A DNA stretch of 64,000 bases, from contig DATMBG010000051.1 of assembly GCA_035559535.1 (NCBI GenBank), positions 62,001-126,000 on the forward strand. Direction: 5' to 3'. Position numbers and translations under genes: made by a program. The notes under the pieces are model-generated. The model was not told the DNA's origin and ran no database searches. It saw nothing but the letters and a program-made list of their open reading frames with translations. The DNA is from Candidatus Limnocylindrales bacterium (GTDB taxonomy: Bacteria > Moduliflexota > Moduliflexia > Moduliflexales > JAUQPW01). Within the stretch, counting starts at the first letter, position 1. Each line of letters opens with the position of its first letter. This document shows, in pieces, positions 1-10,179 of this stretch.

Positions 1-42
1 GACCGAGTATACCCATAAGATGGCCTTAGTTTTATTTAATAA

Positions 43-3000
43 ATGAACCCACGCATTATCACAGACCCAAACCTTTTTAACGGAAAGCCTTTTATTAAAG
101 GAGCGGGTGTCCCCATTCATACCATTTTAGATCTCCTATCAACAGGTTCTTCTTTCAATGACATTATTGCCAAATACCCCAAACTGACGGAAGATGATAT
201 CAGTGCAGCGGTGGAGTATGCCCTTTTAAAAACCCGGGACGAATTATTGAAACCTCCTGAACCTTCCGAACCCAAACCCTCTCCCTCCCCTCAACCCATA
301 GGTCGCGGATTTCCTCGTATTCCTACCAGGCTGACACAACCCAAGGAACCGGCTGGGGGACAGGCATCGGAATCCCAGGTACCTCCCCATCGACCCATAA
401 AATTCACGGACTCCCGACTTTCCGGACCACCAGAACCCAAACATCCCCCCCGACGACTGGTAGAACCCAGGCCTCCATCAAATCCGCCCCCGGGATCTGG
501 ACCCATTTCGGCCTCTCCCAGAGGACCCGAGTTGAAAAGGCCTTCGGAGTTCGATTTTAGGGTCGATAGATCAGAAGATGAATGGGAACTTTCCTTTTGG
601 GATAAATTCACCCGAACCCTGGATCGAATCAAAACCTTTCTGGTTCTGACCACCAAAATTATTCTAGCCGTTCTGATTTTAACTTTGTTTGGCTTTTTCG
701 TTTACTATCTGGTTAATGGGGAGCCAAGTATAACGGTTTTACCTTTTGAGAGCGGTATGGGATTTGAGACCTCGGAAGCCATGGGTGAAAGCCTGGCCAA
801 TCAACTGGTCGGTGAATTGGTGCGAATTCAAGATCTTCAAAAGTTCTCTAAGGAAGAAGAACACCCCCTGATACGGACTCTCTTAGAAGAGAAGCCAATT
901 CTTCTACCTCCTGCTACAGAACCCCTTCGGGTTACCTTTAAAAAGGCCGAGTCTATTCGACTGGGTTCCTTCAAAATACCCCTTTATCCTGCCCTTTTAG
1001 AGGCTAAAAAGCTGTTGAATCAGGAAGATAAATTCCTCTCAGGAAGTATCCAGAAATTTGGATCCTCCTACTCCATTGTGGCGTCCTTAGGCAAGAAAAA
1101 ATTTTTTAATGTATCCGAAACAGATCTGGAAGTCTATCCCCCTGCGCCTGAAACCGAACGTCCTGATGAGAAGATTCAGAAGCTTATCCGAATTTTAGCC
1201 TATAAATTGGCCTCTGCCCACGTAAGTACTATACTCCCCTCTTCTACCGATGAGGGATGGAGAAGTTATTTTTACTTTTCAGAGGGCTTAGAAGCCTACC
1301 AAAAATTTCTTTCAAATCCCAAAACCCATGGAAAAGATTGGGAATTGGCCCTGGATAACTTTCAAAAGGCTCTGGCTTTCCACTATGCAAATCCTAAGAC
1401 CCACTTTAATCTGGGATTGGCCCATGAGATCGCTGTAGATCAGGAGATTTCAGAATCCAAATCTAAAACCGAGCATTTGAACAAAGCGGCTGAAGCTTAT
1501 CGAGAAGCTATTAAACTGAAACCCGACTTTCCGGAAGCTTATTACCAGCTTTCAACCCTTTACAGGGTCCAGAAGGATTATCCCCGGGCCATATGGAATC
1601 TTAATAAAGCCATTGAAATTAAAACGGCGATCCGGGATCAAAATCTGAATTCCTCGACAGGTAGCTCTGAATTTTCAGATAAGTTTTTATTCCCCCTTCT
1701 CCATTTAAAATTAGGAGAACTTTACCTTTTAACAGGCAAATACGGGGAGGCCAAAAATGTCTATCAAAGTCTGTTGTCTCTAGGAGAAAAGGTGTCAGAA
1801 CCCGGAAAATATGATCCCACGCAGAAGGAAGTGGAAACCCTGGCTCATTACGGGCTGGCGAAAGTTTACCAGGCCTCTGGGGATTTTAACGCTGCAGTCC
1901 GAGAATATAACGAGGTTTTAAAATCGGATCTTCAACCCTCTTTAAAGACCCTGGCCCATCGAAGTATCGGACAACTTTATACCGAGCAGGGTAAATATTC
2001 CGAGGCCATTTTTGAATACCAACAGGCCCTTCGGCTTAATCCAGAAGATGAAAAATCCCATCTCCAGCTCAGCCTTGCCTACTCCCATTTAAATCAATAC
2101 CCCGAAGCCATTAAAGAACTAAAGGAAGCCATCCAGATTAATCCCAACTATGCAGAGGCCTATCAGGCTTTGGGAGATGTTTATTTTAGACAAAACAAGA
2201 CCTATGAGGCTATAGAAGCTTATAAACAGGCTCTTCAGATACGACCCGAATATCCAGAAGCGCTTTACGGCCTGGGACTTGCTTATGCTCGGCGGCAAGC
2301 TAATGCCGAAGCCATCGAACAATATCAGAAAGTTCTTCAAATAGATCCCAAGTTTCCGGGAGTACGAACGAATCTCGGCTTGATTTACTACCGTTTAGGT
2401 AAATACCCGGAAGCCATTTCTGAGTTTATTCAAGTTTTGCAAGAACATCCTGAAGATGCCTGGTCTCATTTAGGTATTGGGCTTGTCCATGCGAAACAAG
2501 GCCATTATTCAGAAGCAGAAGCAAAGTACCGGGAAATACTCCAGATCAATCCTAATTTTGCTCCGGCCCATAACCACCTTGGACAGGTTTATGCCGCTCA
2601 GAAAAAATTTTCGGAGGCCATAGCCGAATACAAAAAGGCTTTAGAGCTTGATCTGGAGTATGCAGAAGCCCATGCGAATTTAGGTATCGCCTATGTAGAG
2701 ATGGGAAAATATGATGAAGCCCTTTCTGAATTGAAAACGGCCCTCAAGTTGAATGAAGCTCTCCCCGAAGCTCAAGTTGGCCTGGGGAAAGTTTATACGA
2801 AACAGGGTCTGATTCCGAAAGCGATAGCCGCTTATCAGGAGGCTTTGCGACTGGATGATAAAAATGTGGAAGCTCTCTATGGATTGGCTACCCTTCTCCT
2901 ATCCCAGGATAAAGCCTCCGAGGCTCTGGTTAAACTTCAACAGGCCCTAGAAATTAATCCTAACTTCCTGGAAGCCCGGCTGAGCCTGGCCAAGATCTAT

Positions 3001-3120
3001 CTTCAACAGGGTGATTACCCGAAGGCCACCGAAGAATTTAAGAAAGTCCTTAAACTCGACCCTAAAAATACCGAAGCCTCCCAGGGGTTAGAACAGGCTG
3101 AGCAAAACCTTTCTAAATAG
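43..3120 (+). CDS. DUF433 domain / Pro-rich linker / single TM / long TPR-repeat protein
   Basis: N-terminus RIITDPNLFNGKPFIKGAGVPIHTILDLL...YPKLTEDDISAAVEYA is typical of DUF433; Pro-rich linker; hydrophobic helix ILAVLILTLFGFFVYYLV; many AEAY/LG...Y..AL..NP TPR units in the C-terminal two thirds. Confidence 0.85.
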   Translation: MNPRIITDPNLFNGKPFIKGAGVPIHTILDLLSTGSSFNDIIAKYPKLTEDDISAAVEYALLKTRDELLKPPEPSEPKPSPSPQPIGRGFPRIPTRLTQPKEPAGGQASESQVPPHRPIKFTDSRLSGPPEPKHPPRRLVEPRPPSNPPPGSGPISASPRGPELKRPSEFDFRVDRSEDEWELSFWDKFTRTLDRIKTFLVLTTKIILAVLILTLFGFFVYYLVNGEPSITVLPFESGMGFETSEAMGESLANQLVGELVRIQDLQKFSKEEEHPLIRTLLEEKPILLPPATEPLRVTFKKAESIRLGSFKIPLYPALLEAKKLLNQEDKFLSGSIQKFGSSYSIVASLGKKKFFNVSETDLEVYPPAPETERPDEKIQKLIRILAYKLASAHVSTILPSSTDEGWRSYFYFSEGLEAYQKFLSNPKTHGKDWELALDNFQKALAFHYANPKTHFNLGLAHEIAVDQEISESKSKTEHLNKAAEAYREAIKLKPDFPEAYYQLSTLYRVQKDYPRAIWNLNKAIEIKTAIRDQNLNSSTGSSEFSDKFLFPLLHLKLGELYLLTGKYGEAKNVYQSLLSLGEKVSEPGKYDPTQKEVETLAHYGLAKVYQASGDFNAAVREYNEVLKSDLQPSLKTLAHRSIGQLYTEQGKYSEAIFEYQQALRLNPEDEKSHLQLSLAYSHLNQYPEAIKELKEAIQINPNYAEAYQALGDVYFRQNKTYEAIEAYKQALQIRPEYPEALYGLGLAYARRQANAEAIEQYQKVLQIDPKFPGVRTNLGLIYYRLGKYPEAISEFIQVLQEHPEDAWSHLGIGLVHAKQGHYSEAEAKYREILQINPNFAPAHNHLGQVYAAQKKFSEAIAEYKKALELDLEYAEAHANLGIAYVEMGKYDEALSELKTALKLNEALPEAQVGLGKVYTKQGLIPKAIAAYQEALRLDDKNVEALYGLATLLLSQDKASEALVKLQQALEINPNFLEARLSLAKIYLQQGDYPKATEEFKKVLKLDPKNTEASQGLEQAEQNLSK

Positions 3121-3132
3121 GAATCTTTGGAT

Positions 3133-4086
3133 TTATTCAAAGTTCACCTTCTCTGCAATAACATAAATCGGTTTGTGCTGAGATTCATAGTACATACGTA
3201 CCATAATTTCCCCCAAAAGTCCCATGCAGATTAAAATAATTCCGACCAGGAAAAAGATGATGGAGAGTAGAAAAGTAGAGTTATTACTGAGGAGCGTATG
3301 ATAGGTGAACTTAAAAGATAAGGAAACAATGAGCAAAAACAACGAGCAAACCATAAAGAAAAGCCCTATTGAGCCGAACAAATGGAGAGGCTTTGTTGAA
3401 TAACTCAGTAAAAATTTAACATTAATCAGGTCTAGAAGGACCTTAATAGTTCGAGATAAGCCGTATTTACTGTTTCCATATTCCCGGGGACGATGATTAA
3501 CTTTAATTTCGGCAACGCGCACTCCCATCCAACTGGCTAAAGCCGGGATAAATCGATGCATTTCACCATAAAGCTGAATGCCGTCCAGAATCTCCTTCTT
3601 ATAGGCTTTGAGCGTACACCCGTAATCATGGAGGTGGACCCGGGTAGTTATGGAAATAAGCTTGTTGGCCAGATAAGACGGCAATTTTCGGGTCAAAAAC
3701 CGGTCCTTTCTGTTCTCTCGCCATCCACTTACAACGTCATACCCCTCTTCCATCTTTTCTAAGAGGCGGGGAATATCTTCTGGATCATTTTGGAGATCTC
3801 CATCCATAGGGATAACTACTTTACCCCTGGCCAGATCAAACCCGGCAGATAAAGCAGCAGTTTGACCGAAATTCCTTCTAAATCGAACCAGCTTGAGATT
3901 CGGATCCTGCTCGGCCAGTTTTTTGAGGGTTTTGAATGTTCCATCCGAACTTCCATCATCTACAAGAATGATTTCGTAAGTTTTTTTGATTTTATCTAAA
4001 ACACTCTTCACCTGGGGGATTAATATCTTGATATTGGTCTCTTCGTTATAAACCGGAATGACTACCGATAGATCTATATCCATCAT
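3133..4086 (-). CDS. Glycosyltransferase family 2 (polyprenol-phosphate GT, ArnC/DPM1-like)
   Basis: LSVVIPVYNE, VDDGSSDGT, RNFGQTAA, MDGDLQNDP motifs; two C-terminal TM helices. Confidence 0.92.
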   Translation of the reverse strand: MMDIDLSVVIPVYNEETNIKILIPQVKSVLDKIKKTYEIILVDDGSSDGTFKTLKKLAEQDPNLKLVRFRRNFGQTAALSAGFDLARGKVVIPMDGDLQNDPEDIPRLLEKMEEGYDVVSGWRENRKDRFLTRKLPSYLANKLISITTRVHLHDYGCTLKAYKKEILDGIQLYGEMHRFIPALASWMGVRVAEIKVNHRPREYGNSKYGLSRTIKVLLDLINVKFLLSYSTKPLHLFGSIGLFFMVCSLFLLIVSLSFKFTYHTLLSNNSTFLLSIIFFLVGIILICMGLLGEIMVRMYYESQHKPIYVIAEKVNFE

Positions 4087-4195
4087 AAAACTCCTTTTAA
4101 ATCATTACAAGTAAGGTCTCCTGGTTCTTTTTTCTGTTTTTTCAGATTCAACCGATTTTTTATTTCTTTCCGAGAAAATGGGAGTTTCTTTCTTA

Positions 4196-4513
4196 TTAAA
4201 ATTTTCTTTGTAAGCTACCGGCAATGGCCTTTTCCTGCTCGGCTTCTGGAATCATGCCCTTCTTTTGATAGAATCTGGATAAACTGGTATGGAGCAGGGG
4301 GTCCTGGGGATCCAGTTCAATGGCCTTTTTAATTGTTACAATGGCTTCATCCAGAGCCTCTTTTTTTTCGTAGGCCATAGATAGGGCCAGATAAGCCATT
4401 GTAAATTGGGGATCTAAGGCGATAGCTTTTTGATACTCGGCGATGGCCTCATCCACCAGGCCTTTAGCAAAAAAGTTAAATCCTTGCTCATAATGTTCTT
4501 CTTTGGTACTCAT
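4196..4513 (-). CDS. Small TPR-repeat protein
   Basis: About three TPR units (EAIAEYQKAIALDP, EAIVTIKKAIELDP). Confidence 0.8.
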   Translation of the reverse strand: MSTKEEHYEQGFNFFAKGLVDEAIAEYQKAIALDPQFTMAYLALSMAYEKKEALDEAIVTIKKAIELDPQDPLLHTSLSRFYQKKGMIPEAEQEKAIAGSLQRKF

Positions 4514-4648
4514 AACCGGTCATCTTCCTTTTTAACTGGATAAGTCGTCTTGTTGCGTTACAGGGAATTTAATGCCTAATTTAGGCTATCTGAAAAAAAA
4601 GTCAACCTAAAAGCGGTTATTCATAGAAACATTTTCTACCCTTAATAG

Positions 4649-4677
4649 TATGGGCGACCGGCCGGTCGCCCCTACAA
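4649..4677. repeat. GTAG-type REP-like palindrome
   Basis: gtatgggcgaccggccggtcgcccctaca; related copy gtaagggcacggcgcgccgtacccctaac near 62044-62072. Confidence 0.65.
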
Positions 4678-4919
4678 TCCCCCTCTGTTTAGGTTTTCGC
4701 CCCTTCATTAAAATAGCGGTATAAAGACAGATTATTTTCACTTCACTCTGGATGACAGGATACATCTGGATGACAGGATCCACGTTGGATTACAAGTGAG
4801 TGGCATCAGATATGGGACTTTCCAAGGTTGGGGAGATAAAAACCTTTAGGGGAAAGAAGGTAGGGGCCAGAAATCAGAACCGGAATAATTTCTAAGTTCT
4901 GATTTCTGGTCCTTGATTT

Positions 4920-5819
4920 TTAAATCAGGTTTAATTCCTTCAATCCGATCCTTAGTTTTTCCTTGTTGGCCTCTCCCATTTCGCACAGGGGTAATCGGAA
5001 GTAGGCCTTCATTTTACCCATCATTTCAAGGGCGGTCTTAACCGGAATGGGATTGGTCTCGATGAAGTTGAGATTCATGAGAGAGAACAATTGATTATGG
5101 ATTTTAAGGGCTTCATCAAATTTTTTATCCAGGCAGAGATGAATCATCTGACTGAATAATCTGGGTGTTTCGTTGGCTACCACCGAGATACAACCATCTC
5201 CACCTAGAGCGATCAGGGGATAAGCAAAGACGTCATCTCCGGCAAGGACCCTAAAATGAGAGGGACGGTCCTTTAGAATCTGCATCATCTGGACGATGTT
5301 TCCGGAAGCTTCTTTAACGGCTACAATATAAGGTTCCTGGGCCAGGCGGAGGAGTGTTTCTGCGGTGATATTCGTTCCGGTTCTGCTGGGAACGTTATAA
5401 ACGACGACGGGAATTTGGACTTCTTGGGCAATGGCTTTGTAATGCCGGGCGATACCCTCCTGGGTGGGTTTATTATAATAGGGGCATACGATTAAAACCC
5501 CTTGTGCCCCCAGGGCTTTAGCTCGTTTGGACATTTCAATGCTGGCAGCCGTGTTATTGGTTCCAGCACCTGCGATAACCGGAATGCGCCCGCGGGCTTC
5601 TTCTATTACAATTCGGATGACACGCTCTTGTTCTTGATGCGTCATGGTTACGCTTTCACCGGTGGTTCCACAGGGTACAATGGCATCTGTACCCTCTTCG
5701 ATATGCCAGTTAACTAGCTCCCGAAGTTTTTCCTCGTCCACCTCCCCGGTTTTCTTGAAAGGAGTAACCAACGCAACGATAGAACCTCGAAAGATGGACG
5801 TGTCGGTAATAGTACTCAT
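4920..5819 (-). CDS. dapA: 4-hydroxy-tetrahydrodipicolinate synthase
   Basis: GSIVALVTPF, GTTGE, YNVPSRT, VKEASG, ETNPIPVK motifs; start moved to MSTITD (5819); follows dapB. Confidence 0.96.
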   Translation of the reverse strand: MSTITDTSIFRGSIVALVTPFKKTGEVDEEKLRELVNWHIEEGTDAIVPCGTTGESVTMTHQEQERVIRIVIEEARGRIPVIAGAGTNNTAASIEMSKRAKALGAQGVLIVCPYYNKPTQEGIARHYKAIAQEVQIPVVVYNVPSRTGTNITAETLLRLAQEPYIVAVKEASGNIVQMMQILKDRPSHFRVLAGDDVFAYPLIALGGDGCISVVANETPRLFSQMIHLCLDKKFDEALKIHNQLFSLMNLNFIETNPIPVKTALEMMGKMKAYFRLPLCEMGEANKEKLRIGLKELNLI

Positions 5820-5922
5820 AGTTTTCTCTTTTCTGTCCGTTGCCTGTTGTCTGTTGCCCATTGTAAATGAAAAGCTATACAACGGACGACGAACAACGGA
5901 CGACGAACAACAGACAAATTTT

Positions 5923-6669
5923 TTACCTTAACACATCGGCCATGGTATAAAAACCCTTCTTGCCTTGGATCCATTTAGCTGCCAAAACAGCTCCCATGGC
6001 AAAGCCTTTCCGACTTCGTGCCACGTGTTTGATTTCAATGGTATCCGCCTCGGAATCAAATCCGACTATGTGGGTTCCCGGGATAAATCCGGCCCGAACA
6101 CTGGCAACATGTAACTCCTCTTTCTCGATCCTTCGGTCTAATCTATCAAACACCAATTTTTTTTTCCTGTCAATATGATCCAGTAAAATTTTTCCAATAA
6201 CCTTGGCCGTTCCACTGGGACTATCTACCTTTTGATTGTTATGAAGCTCATAACAGAATACATCGTACATCTCATAGCGATTGAAGAGCCTGGCTGCCTC
6301 CTCTATCAATTTGTAGAACAGATTCATCCCCAAGGAGAAATTCGGCGAATAGACAAATCCGATTCCTCCCTCTTCCACAACCTTTTTAATTTCATCCAGC
6401 CGATCATACCATCCCGTGGTTCCTACAACCATATTCTTACCGAGTCTGGCCATCTTCTTAATGTTATCCACCGTTACAGAAGGAGCCGTAAATTCAATAC
6501 CCACATCAATATCTTTTACGCTCTCCTCGGTAATGTCGGGAAAATCCGCTTCCTTGACCAAAGGATCTATAATAGCTCGCACCACCAGGCCTTGCTCAAT
6601 AGCCGTAGACTGTATTTCTTTTCCCATTTTCCCGTATCCTATGATGGCAATATTCATGCTTCCCCTCAC
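5923..6669 (-). CDS. dapB: 4-hydroxy-tetrahydrodipicolinate reductase
   Basis: IIGYGKMG, VVGTTGW, PNFSLG, ELHNNQKVDSPSGTA, SVRAG motifs. Confidence 0.95.
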   Translation of the reverse strand: MRGSMNIAIIGYGKMGKEIQSTAIEQGLVVRAIIDPLVKEADFPDITEESVKDIDVGIEFTAPSVTVDNIKKMARLGKNMVVGTTGWYDRLDEIKKVVEEGGIGFVYSPNFSLGMNLFYKLIEEAARLFNRYEMYDVFCYELHNNQKVDSPSGTAKVIGKILLDHIDRKKKLVFDRLDRRIEKEELHVASVRAGFIPGTHIVGFDSEADTIEIKHVARSRKGFAMGAVLAAKWIQGKKGFYTMADVLR

Positions 6670-6759
6670 CTCCTTGACAGATTTATTTGTTTACTTACCC
6701 AACATGATTGTATTATGAACAAGGAAAGAGATCCTTGACAAGAAGTTTTTTGTTTAAAT

Positions 6760-7294
6760 TTAAAGAAAAGCATGTCCTTCAATAAGGAAACTATAAATAG
6801 GTCCTATCAGGAAAACAACGTAATATTGGATCAGTGCGCTCTGCAGGGCAAATTCCGAAAATAAGAAAATATCCAGCGGATAGTCCACGAGCCTTACTCT
6901 CATAAGAACCAGATTTATCACCCCATTTCGCCCCCGTAGGGGAAGCCAGAAAATCGTACGAATCAAAGAACTCGTCCAAAAAGGGATAACCAGGAGAACC
7001 ATCCCCATAAGCCCTCTTTTCTGAGAGATTTTTCGGGCCAGAAAATAAGCCGCCGGATAAACTACAAGCCCACCAAGAAGCATCGTGGGGGCGCAATACC
7101 TGTGGTCCGTAAAACGGTATCTAAAATTATAGGGTTACCGAAGATACCAAGATAATTTTGAGGGGTAAAAGATTTCTCCCCTCCTAAAGGGAGTGGGGTA
7201 TAAAAGCTATAAAGGAGAAGAAAACCCAAAGAAAAATCCCCATCCCTGTCATGGCCAGAGTCAGAAATCCGATTCTTTTTAAAGAGGGTTTCAT
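6760..7294 (-). pseudogene. Decayed PotB-like ABC transporter permease
   Basis: ORF 6760-7083 has YPAAY...IPFWTSSLIRT...NGVIN; the upstream frame reads FTPQNYLGIFGNPIILDTVLRTTGIA, joined by a frameshift near 7088; another stop upstream; C-terminal half absent. Confidence 0.7.
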
Positions 7295-7363
7295 ACGGCT
7301 TAATATGAATTCGGATCTGGATTCTAGACTCCTGACTTTTAATAATTTTGCTTCACATTTTGG

Positions 7364-7409
7364 TTGACAGATTCTGGAAGTCCCCCCTATTTTTGATATA
7401 GATTATCAA
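7364..7409 (+). promoter_or_regulatory. Sigma70-like promoter with Fur-like box upstream of the iron permease
   Basis: TTGACA at 7364-7369, TATTTT at 7388-7393, inverted repeat TTGATA-tagat-TATCAA at 7393-7409. Confidence 0.6.
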
Positions 7410-7467
7410 TTTCAACTATCAAAAACTCACAACAACCGAAAATTCAAAAGGACCTATTTAACAAGGA

Positions 7468-9084
7468 GTGTTTAGCATGAGAACCAAAATCCTCATTTTT
7501 TTATTTTTAATAGGGATTATCTTCATCTGGAATAACGGGTCTATGGTCCAGGCGACCGGGGAAAAATCACCCTGGAATGCGGTAGTAGCCAAGATCGATA
7601 ACACCTTGAAAGAAGCTTTAAAAGCCCAGCAAGCAGGAGATATGGAAAAAGCCAAGGAGTTGATTACCGAAGCCTATTTCGGTACCTTTGAGGCCAGCGA
7701 TATGGAAGATGCCATCAAAGAACATATTTCCTCGCAGAACGCTTTAGACCTGGAATCCCGATTTGGTAAAATTCGACAAAGCCTGATTTCTCAGGCCCCG
7801 GCGGCATCGACAGAAAATCTTATCAATGAGCTTGTCACAGAGCTTAAAAAAACAATTCCGGCCCTGGATCAGGCCAAAGCGGTCCCTAAGATAAAGGTGG
7901 AACCTTCTTCTCCTGCACCCTCGGGGGATAAACCTGCAGAGGGGTCTCCTTCCCCACCTTCCAAACAAAATAAAACTTCTTTCCAGGATCAGGTGATCGC
8001 TTTAAAAGGTACCCTGGCTAAAGCCTTAGAGACTTACCGCAGTGGAGATCATAAAAAAGCGAAAAACATGGTTTCTGAAGCCTACTTTGAGCAATTTGAA
8101 GGAATGGAAGCAGCCATTGCGGTTAAATCCGATGCCTTAAAAACCGAACTGGAATCCCTCTTTGGTAAGGTCATCAGTTTAATGGGATCGGATGCCTCCA
8201 ACGAGGAGGTCGAGAAGATGATCAAATCCCTGGAGGCAAAACTAGATCAGGCTGTTCAGCTTCTTACTCAGGAAAAGGAAGGTAAAACTTCCCTTTTTTT
8301 TAATTCCCTCATTATTATCACCCGGGAAGGTTTCGAAGCGATTCTGATTGTCAGTGCTTTGGCGGCCTATCTGGCCCGAATTGGACATTCAGATAAAGTT
8401 AAATTTATTTATCAGGGTTCTATCGTGGCAATGTTGGCCAGTTTCCTGATAGCTTTCCTATTTCAAACCCTTTTCAGGACCTTTACTTCCAGTCGGGAGT
8501 TTCTGGAAGGGGCCACGATGATCCTGGCTTCTGTTGTTCTTTTTTATGTCAGTTACTGGTTGATCAGTAAGGCTCAGGCCAGTAAATGGCAGCAATTTAT
8601 TCAAAAGAAAGTCCAGGAGTCCCTTTCCAAAGGAAGCCTGATGGCTCTCTGGTTCACAGCCTTTTTAGCTGTTTTCAGGGAAGGCGCTGAGACGGTTTTA
8701 TTTTATCAAGCGCTCTTATCCAGCGCTGAAATGGGGGGAGAACTCAACATTATTTTGGGTTTCCTGGTAGGATGTGGTCTATTGGTAGTCCTTTTCCTTC
8801 TTTTCAAATACGGAAGCCTCAAAATTCCCATCAAAACCTTCTTTACCGTTACCAGTATTCTTCTTTACTATCTGGCTTTTGTTTTTGCAGGCAAGGGAAT
8901 TGTCGAGCTCCAAACGGCCGGGGTATTGGAAGCAACACCGGTTAAGTACATACCTACCATCGGTATCTTTGGTATTTATCCTACCCTGCAATCCCTGTTA
9001 ATTCAAGGGCTTTTACTGCTTGCAGCCCTTTTTGCCATGATTTATGTGTTTTTACAAACGCCCAAGGTAAATACGGCGCGTTAA
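7468..9084 (+). CDS. FTR1/EfeU-family high-affinity iron permease with duplicated periplasmic helical domain
   Basis: REGFE and REGAE motifs in a C-terminal multi-TM domain; signal/anchor; two similar EAYF..FE..ME.AI segments. Confidence 0.92.
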   Translation: MFSMRTKILIFLFLIGIIFIWNNGSMVQATGEKSPWNAVVAKIDNTLKEALKAQQAGDMEKAKELITEAYFGTFEASDMEDAIKEHISSQNALDLESRFGKIRQSLISQAPAASTENLINELVTELKKTIPALDQAKAVPKIKVEPSSPAPSGDKPAEGSPSPPSKQNKTSFQDQVIALKGTLAKALETYRSGDHKKAKNMVSEAYFEQFEGMEAAIAVKSDALKTELESLFGKVISLMGSDASNEEVEKMIKSLEAKLDQAVQLLTQEKEGKTSLFFNSLIIITREGFEAILIVSALAAYLARIGHSDKVKFIYQGSIVAMLASFLIAFLFQTLFRTFTSSREFLEGATMILASVVLFYVSYWLISKAQASKWQQFIQKKVQESLSKGSLMALWFTAFLAVFREGAETVLFYQALLSSAEMGGELNIILGFLVGCGLLVVLFLLFKYGSLKIPIKTFFTVTSILLYYLAFVFAGKGIVELQTAGVLEATPVKYIPTIGIFGIYPTLQSLLIQGLLLLAALFAMIYVFLQTPKVNTAR

Positions 9085-9112
9085 ATTCCCATTCAACAAG
9101 GAGGTTTTTAAC

Positions 9113-10138
9113 TTGAAAGCCGTCGTTAAAAAATCGGTGGGGTTTGGTAACGTAGAACTCATGGAAATTCCGGAGCCTGTCCCGGGACCGTATCAGGTGA
9201 AGATCGAGGTAAAGGCTGCCGGGATTTGTGGGACCGATATTCATATTCTTCGGGATGAATATCGAAGTGTTCCACCGGTTACGTTGGGTCACGAGGTTTG
9301 TGGGCAGATAGCCGAGGTCGGGGAGAAGGTCACCAGAGTTCGTCCAGGAGACCGGGTAACCACGGAAACCTATTTTTCAACCTGTGGAACGTGCCGTTTC
9401 TGCCGTTCCGGAAATCCCAATCTCTGCCCGGAGCGCCGGTCTATTGGAACCCATGTCCATGGGGGCTTTGCAAAGTACCTGATCGTTCCCGAGGGAAACG
9501 TACATAAACTCCCGGATACCGTGGATTATATCGGAGGGGCCCTCTGTGAACCACTGACCTGTTGCGTCAATGGGGTTCTGGAAAATACGCGAATCCTTCC
9601 TGAGGATGTGGTACTGATCTCAGGTCCGGGTTGTATCGGTCTCCTTTGTATGCAATTGGCTAAAACTGCCGGAGCAACCGCCATCATCTGTGGGATGAGT
9701 CAGGATGCCGCACGCCTGAAACTGGCTAAGGAGTTGGGGGCTGATGTAACTGTAGATATACAGAAAGAAAAGCTGGATGAGATCGTCCTGGATTTGACAA
9801 AGGGATATGGAGCCGATGTGGTCATCGAATGTGCCGGGGCAGAGAAGTCGGCCCAGCAATGCCTGAATCTGGTTCGTCGAGGTGGGCAATATACACAGAT
9901 GGGACTCTTTTCCAGGCCTGTTAATCTGGATCTAAATACCCTGGTGATGAAAAACGTCTATATGACCGGAGTTTTCGCCCATGTACCTAAAGCATGGCTT
10001 CGGACCATCGCCCTTCTTGAACAGGGCAAGGTCAAGACCCGTCCCCTTGTGACTTGTCAGTTGCCATTGGAGGAGTGGCAACAAGCCTTCGATAAGGTGA
10101 GTGCCGGAACAGAATGTAAAGTGGTTCTTTGTCCCTAA
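9113..10138 (+). CDS. Zn-dependent medium-chain alcohol/polyol dehydrogenase
   Basis: GICGTDIH, GHE, CGTCRFC..G..NLC, GPGCIG motifs; TTG start with aggagg RBS. Confidence 0.92.
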   Translation: MKAVVKKSVGFGNVELMEIPEPVPGPYQVKIEVKAAGICGTDIHILRDEYRSVPPVTLGHEVCGQIAEVGEKVTRVRPGDRVTTETYFSTCGTCRFCRSGNPNLCPERRSIGTHVHGGFAKYLIVPEGNVHKLPDTVDYIGGALCEPLTCCVNGVLENTRILPEDVVLISGPGCIGLLCMQLAKTAGATAIICGMSQDAARLKLAKELGADVTVDIQKEKLDEIVLDLTKGYGADVVIECAGAEKSAQQCLNLVRRGGQYTQMGLFSRPVNLDLNTLVMKNVYMTGVFAHVPKAWLRTIALLEQGKVKTRPLVTCQLPLEEWQQAFDKVSAGTECKVVLCP

Positions 10139-10179
10139 TAAAAATAAATAAGAGATAATACAACCTATTTTATTATAAT

